A stretch of 63,997 bases of DNA, the filler included, from Hyphochytrium catenoides (Eukaryota > Protista > Hyphochytriomycota), in assembly GCA_900088475.1 (NCBI GenBank). It is 9 parts of 9 records of this genome, joined end to end, with 100 filler letters (N's around TTAATTAATTAA, not from the genome) between each part and the next. Parts side by side here need not be neighbours in the genome. Positions count along the whole stretch, not along the records: positions 56,992 to 61,357 come from FLMG01004064.1; positions 61,458 to 63,997 come from FLMG01004756.1; 7 more parts are not named here. One strand, 5' to 3'. The notes beneath the pieces are model-generated. The model was given only the letters and a program-made list of their open reading frames with translations, was not told the DNA's origin and made no database searches. The position numbers were made by a program, and so were the translations under genes. This document shows positions 60,937-63,997 of this stretch, one piece after another. The stretch's first letter is position 1. Each line of letters starts with the position of its first letter.

Positions 60937-61207
60937 AATGTTAACATTAAATCTCCTGCCACCACAAGACTAAGAATTTGGCGTGGTACACCTCGACCAT
61001 TTTTTGCAACAACCACCACAGAACCTCAGATGTGTGGTGCATGTAAAATATACGGCACACCATCCACCACAGCATACATGCCACTTTGAGCTGTGGTGGA
61101 CCGATTACCTGACTGTAACGGACACCACAGGTCAATGGAGGGCGATCCTCTGGTGTGGTGTCTTCGCCCACCGTAGCCCTCATCCACCACCACATGCCGC
61201 CGTGATG
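60937..61207. repeat. Array of alternating inverted heptamers CACCACA/TGTGGTG (4-5 dyads, ~55-bp period) preceded by a 12-bp palindrome
   Basis: CACCACA at 60960, 61014, 61065, 61123 and 61187. TGTGGTG at 61033, 61092 and 61154, degenerate at 60982 and 61201. Palindrome aatgttaacatt at 60937-60948. Confidence 0.8.
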
Positions 61208-61899
61208 CCGCGCGCGGACCGATGATGAAATCCGATCAAGCTCACAATTCAAATTTCAAAAAGAGAGATTGTGCACGGATCTATTGATCGAGATCTTCTT
61301 ACGCAGATCCTATACAGAGATTGACCGCAGACAACTCTCCGTCGCGGATGTCCCAGCNNNNNNNNNNNNNNNNNNNNNNNNNNNNNNNNNNNNNNNNNNN
61401 NTTAATTAATTAANNNNNNNNNNNNNNNNNNNNNNNNNNNNNNNNNNNNNNNNNNNNATCACTCCTTTTGCGGGGCATATCTCTGATGTTGGCACCTTCT
61501 TCTCTTACTGTACAGTACAGTACTGTATTTAAAAAGGCATCACCCTTGACTCTTTCTCTCTACTACCTTCTTTACCATACATACATGATGACGGTGGTGC
61601 TTGCAGGTTGTTCCAGAGAGTTTGCTAAGAATAACAAGAGGATAACCTTCGTTGTTTGTTAATTAGCCTGGTCGCCTAGAACAACAGAAGCCTCCTGCCC
61701 TCCTCCTTCTGTGATGAGGAGCTTGGTGTCAAGCTTAAGACTCCATCTGTGCCGCTCATTTGCCGCTGTTACTGCAGGGAAGAAGAAGGAGAGTAATCAT
61801 CATAGTGGGGCCATTGTAGGATGATGTCACCAATTCAGTAGGAGGAGGTAAAGGAGGGAGGAGGAATAGAGGAGGTCTCATGCTGAGTTCACGCAGCAG

Positions 61900-63650
61900 A
61901 AAGTGTATGTATCTGTTACCTTAGATAAGAAAGAACAGAAGTAAGATGACCACAAGTAAGAAGTATTGCTGTTCATCACCCATGTCGTCCTGTCCTTACT
62001 TCATCCAATGTGACGAGAACAACAGGCGCATAAATCAAGGTAAACAAGCTTTGTTATCTCAGGTAGGAACTAGTAAAAACCTTCTTCTCCTTGTATTATT
62101 AGAGCTTGACCTCATTACGGAAGTACTACATGCTATTCCTACCGACAGCCAGCAGTAGCCATTCATAAAGAAAACATACTAGAAGGAGTAGTACAAGTAG
62201 AATTTGAAGGAGGAAAAGATAGAAACGCATATCATTATAGAGAATTGGTAAAAATAAGGAGCTGCACATGAGCCACGGCTTAGGCGCCCGTTGTCTTGTT
62301 CCACATATAATAAGATGCCATGCTTCTTTTTGACATAAGGTGCCGCCTGCTTGTCTCCTGACATGGTGCTCCCATCTACATTAAACTATTGTTTTATTCG
62401 TCTGCGTTAGCTGGCCCGAAGAAAGATGAAGGAAGAACAGATACATTGTCACTCCTCCTGCCACAAGCAGCAGCAGGAACGGCACCACACTAGTGTAAAG
62501 AAAAAGGAAAAAAGGACACGGAAGAAGAAGCTGGAGGAGAGCTCGTCGTGCCTTCTCCTAGATCAGCGGTAACAAGGTAAAGAATGCTACTAGATCAACA
62601 GCCATCGTTGGGTCTATTTATTGCTGCTTCAAACATAATAATCCTTCGAAAAATGAATGCGTACTTACCATGCAAGGATAATAAAGCTCTACGAAGAAGA
62701 ATAAGCTGGAAAATGGTTGGCGTCCTATCATCAGAAGATGCTGAAGCCGCCCGCAGCTGAAGGTGGTATTATTACTCCTATCTACTGCTACGACGCGTCG
62801 ATGATATAAAATAATTGAGGAGAAGGTCGTTTGAAGTACATTAGATTATAGGTAACGGGAGTCCTAGACATTATCATACCCTAGTAATAGGCTCAAACGA
62901 CAGCAGGAAAACGGAGAAGAGCGATAAGTGGTGGAGAGAAGAGAGATCAGATACGGGACGGCGCACCACAGAGAGCCTAGCTTAGGACATGATGATCCAA
63001 CCCCAGCACCACTGCCTCGCTTTAAGCAGGGATAGTGGCAGGCAACAAGGGGCAGGGCTCCCCAAGGGGGCGGTGTCAATGTAGCCTCACTGGAGGCCTC
63101 CTCCCCACCCATACAACCATCAATAAAAAAAAAATAATTGAGGAAGTTGGTCATCGTTTTTCTCCTCTATTACATATGATTCAGGGACTTCCTCCTCCTT
63201 GTACTCAGCGGCTGACGTCTTTCCCCGGGCATTATACTCTGGCTCTAATGCACCAGCAGCAGCTCCGCAAGTATCCTTAGAAAAAGCGGAGGCTCCCATC
63301 ACCCAGATTTGAAGGCTGAGGAGGTCTACTACGATTACTCTTGCTGGCTGGCTAGGTGAAGAAGAACTAAGATCTTAATGATGATCTTTTTGATCAGAGA
63401 CACTTCATCTCTACTAGTAGATAGACCTGGAACTTTTGAGCTGTTGGTTCCCTAGTGGTGCTGCTAATGATAATTATGTTATTACTAACAAGCGCGACAA
63501 CCTCGTCGTTCCTATTAGTAGTGATTAGCGCCAATTTGCCCTCCTGGCAACGGGAGAGGCCATCCGCGATGTGATTGATGCGAGAGGGAGATGGACAACC
63601 TCCCAGCAGCCTAGCAGCAGCAGCAGCAGCCATTGCATTCAATGGAAAGG
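61900..63650 (-). pseudogene. Decayed coding-like sequence, possibly ankyrin-repeat relics
   Basis: Stop-interrupted fragments EGKLALITTNRNDEVVALV, GASAFSKDTCG, NARGKTSAAEYKEEEV and GALPLVAC loosely fit the ankyrin consensus. Confidence 0.25.
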
Positions 63651-63997
63651 GGAAGCGACCTGCTGCTGTGGTTCAAGCAGCAGGAGAAGACATCATGATG
63701 GCTCGTAGTATTGATGAAGATAACAACAAAGCAGACTGCCTCAATCACACTCACTCTCCACGAGCCGCTAACGACCTTCTAGCTCCCCAGTCCACTTTGT
63801 GTCAAGTGGGAAGTGTGGCACATCTACAAGTACAATCAACAAAGAGTCAAGGACGCTTCCTCTCGTCAGCTTACAGATTGTGCCAGATGCAGCTCTACTA
63901 CTATGTAAGGGCACCTCCTCACGACTTCCGCAGCGGTCATCGTGTTCAGACTCTCCAGGCATATCTCTCGCCACAAAACCTAGTGAGCCTTCGCCGT
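63578..63997 (+). CDS. Open frame running off the window end (MREGDGQPPSSLAAAAAA...), unknown
   Basis: 140 codons without a stop from ATG 63578 to the window end; no recognisable motif. Confidence 0.25.
   Translation, partial: MREGDGQPPSSLAAAAAAIAFNGKGKRPAAVVQAAGEDIMMARSIDEDNNKADCLNHTHSPRAANDLLAPQSTLCQVGSVAHLQVQSTKSQGRFLSSAYRLCQMQLYYYVRAPPHDFRSGHRVQTLQAYLSPQNLVSLRR

Noticed and set aside
31335-61457. Recurrent TTAATTAATTAA palindrome as a biological repeat
   Set aside because: Always centred in N-runs and encodes stops in all six frames; an artificial contig linker.
63540-63585. NHIADGLSR as retrotransposon RNase H terminal motif (N..ADxLSR)
   Set aside because: No RT, RNase H or integrase motifs in the neighbouring frames; likely chance.

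Overview
Eukaryotic, intron-rich nuclear DNA (GT-AG introns, very dense (AG)n/(CT)n microsatellites), probably from a flagellated stramenopile or oomycete-related protist. That taxonomy is my inference from recalled oomycete-like ABCB, AAAP and CFAP251 motifs, not a database result. The window is not contiguous: eight artificial N44-TTAATTAATTAA-N44 linkers join separate scaffolds (1-31334, then pieces of about 1-7 kb), so adjacency across linkers means nothing. Complete genes reconstructed by hand: two tandem intronless Cys-rich single-pass membrane proteins, a 6-exon membrane-anchored multicopper oxidase, an intronless AAAP amino-acid transporter, a 5-exon DUF829/TMEM53 protein, a RING-H2 ligase, an 11-exon ABCB transporter, a PH-only protein and a WW-less Pin1-type parvulin. 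Partial genes: a putative secreted repeat protein, C2 and CFAP251/WDR66 fragments, a multi-TM protein, a gp78/HRD1-type E3, a class-V PLP cysteine-desulfurase-like enzyme, a coiled-coil protein, a fructosamine kinase (with a GC-AG intron), an FHA-like exon and a WW-containing Pin1. Most interesting: (1) the signal-peptide-less receptor pair with duplicated 6-Cys DM9-like modules and conserved tail motifs; (2) a ~55-bp-period array of alternating inverted CACCACA/TGTGGTG heptamers at 61 kb; (3) the tandem WW-less and WW-containing Pin1 genes; (4) a Glu-to-Cys change at the MCO proton-relay position. No tRNA, rRNA or CRISPR array was recognised. Most short ORFs in the track are microsatellite or antisense artefacts.
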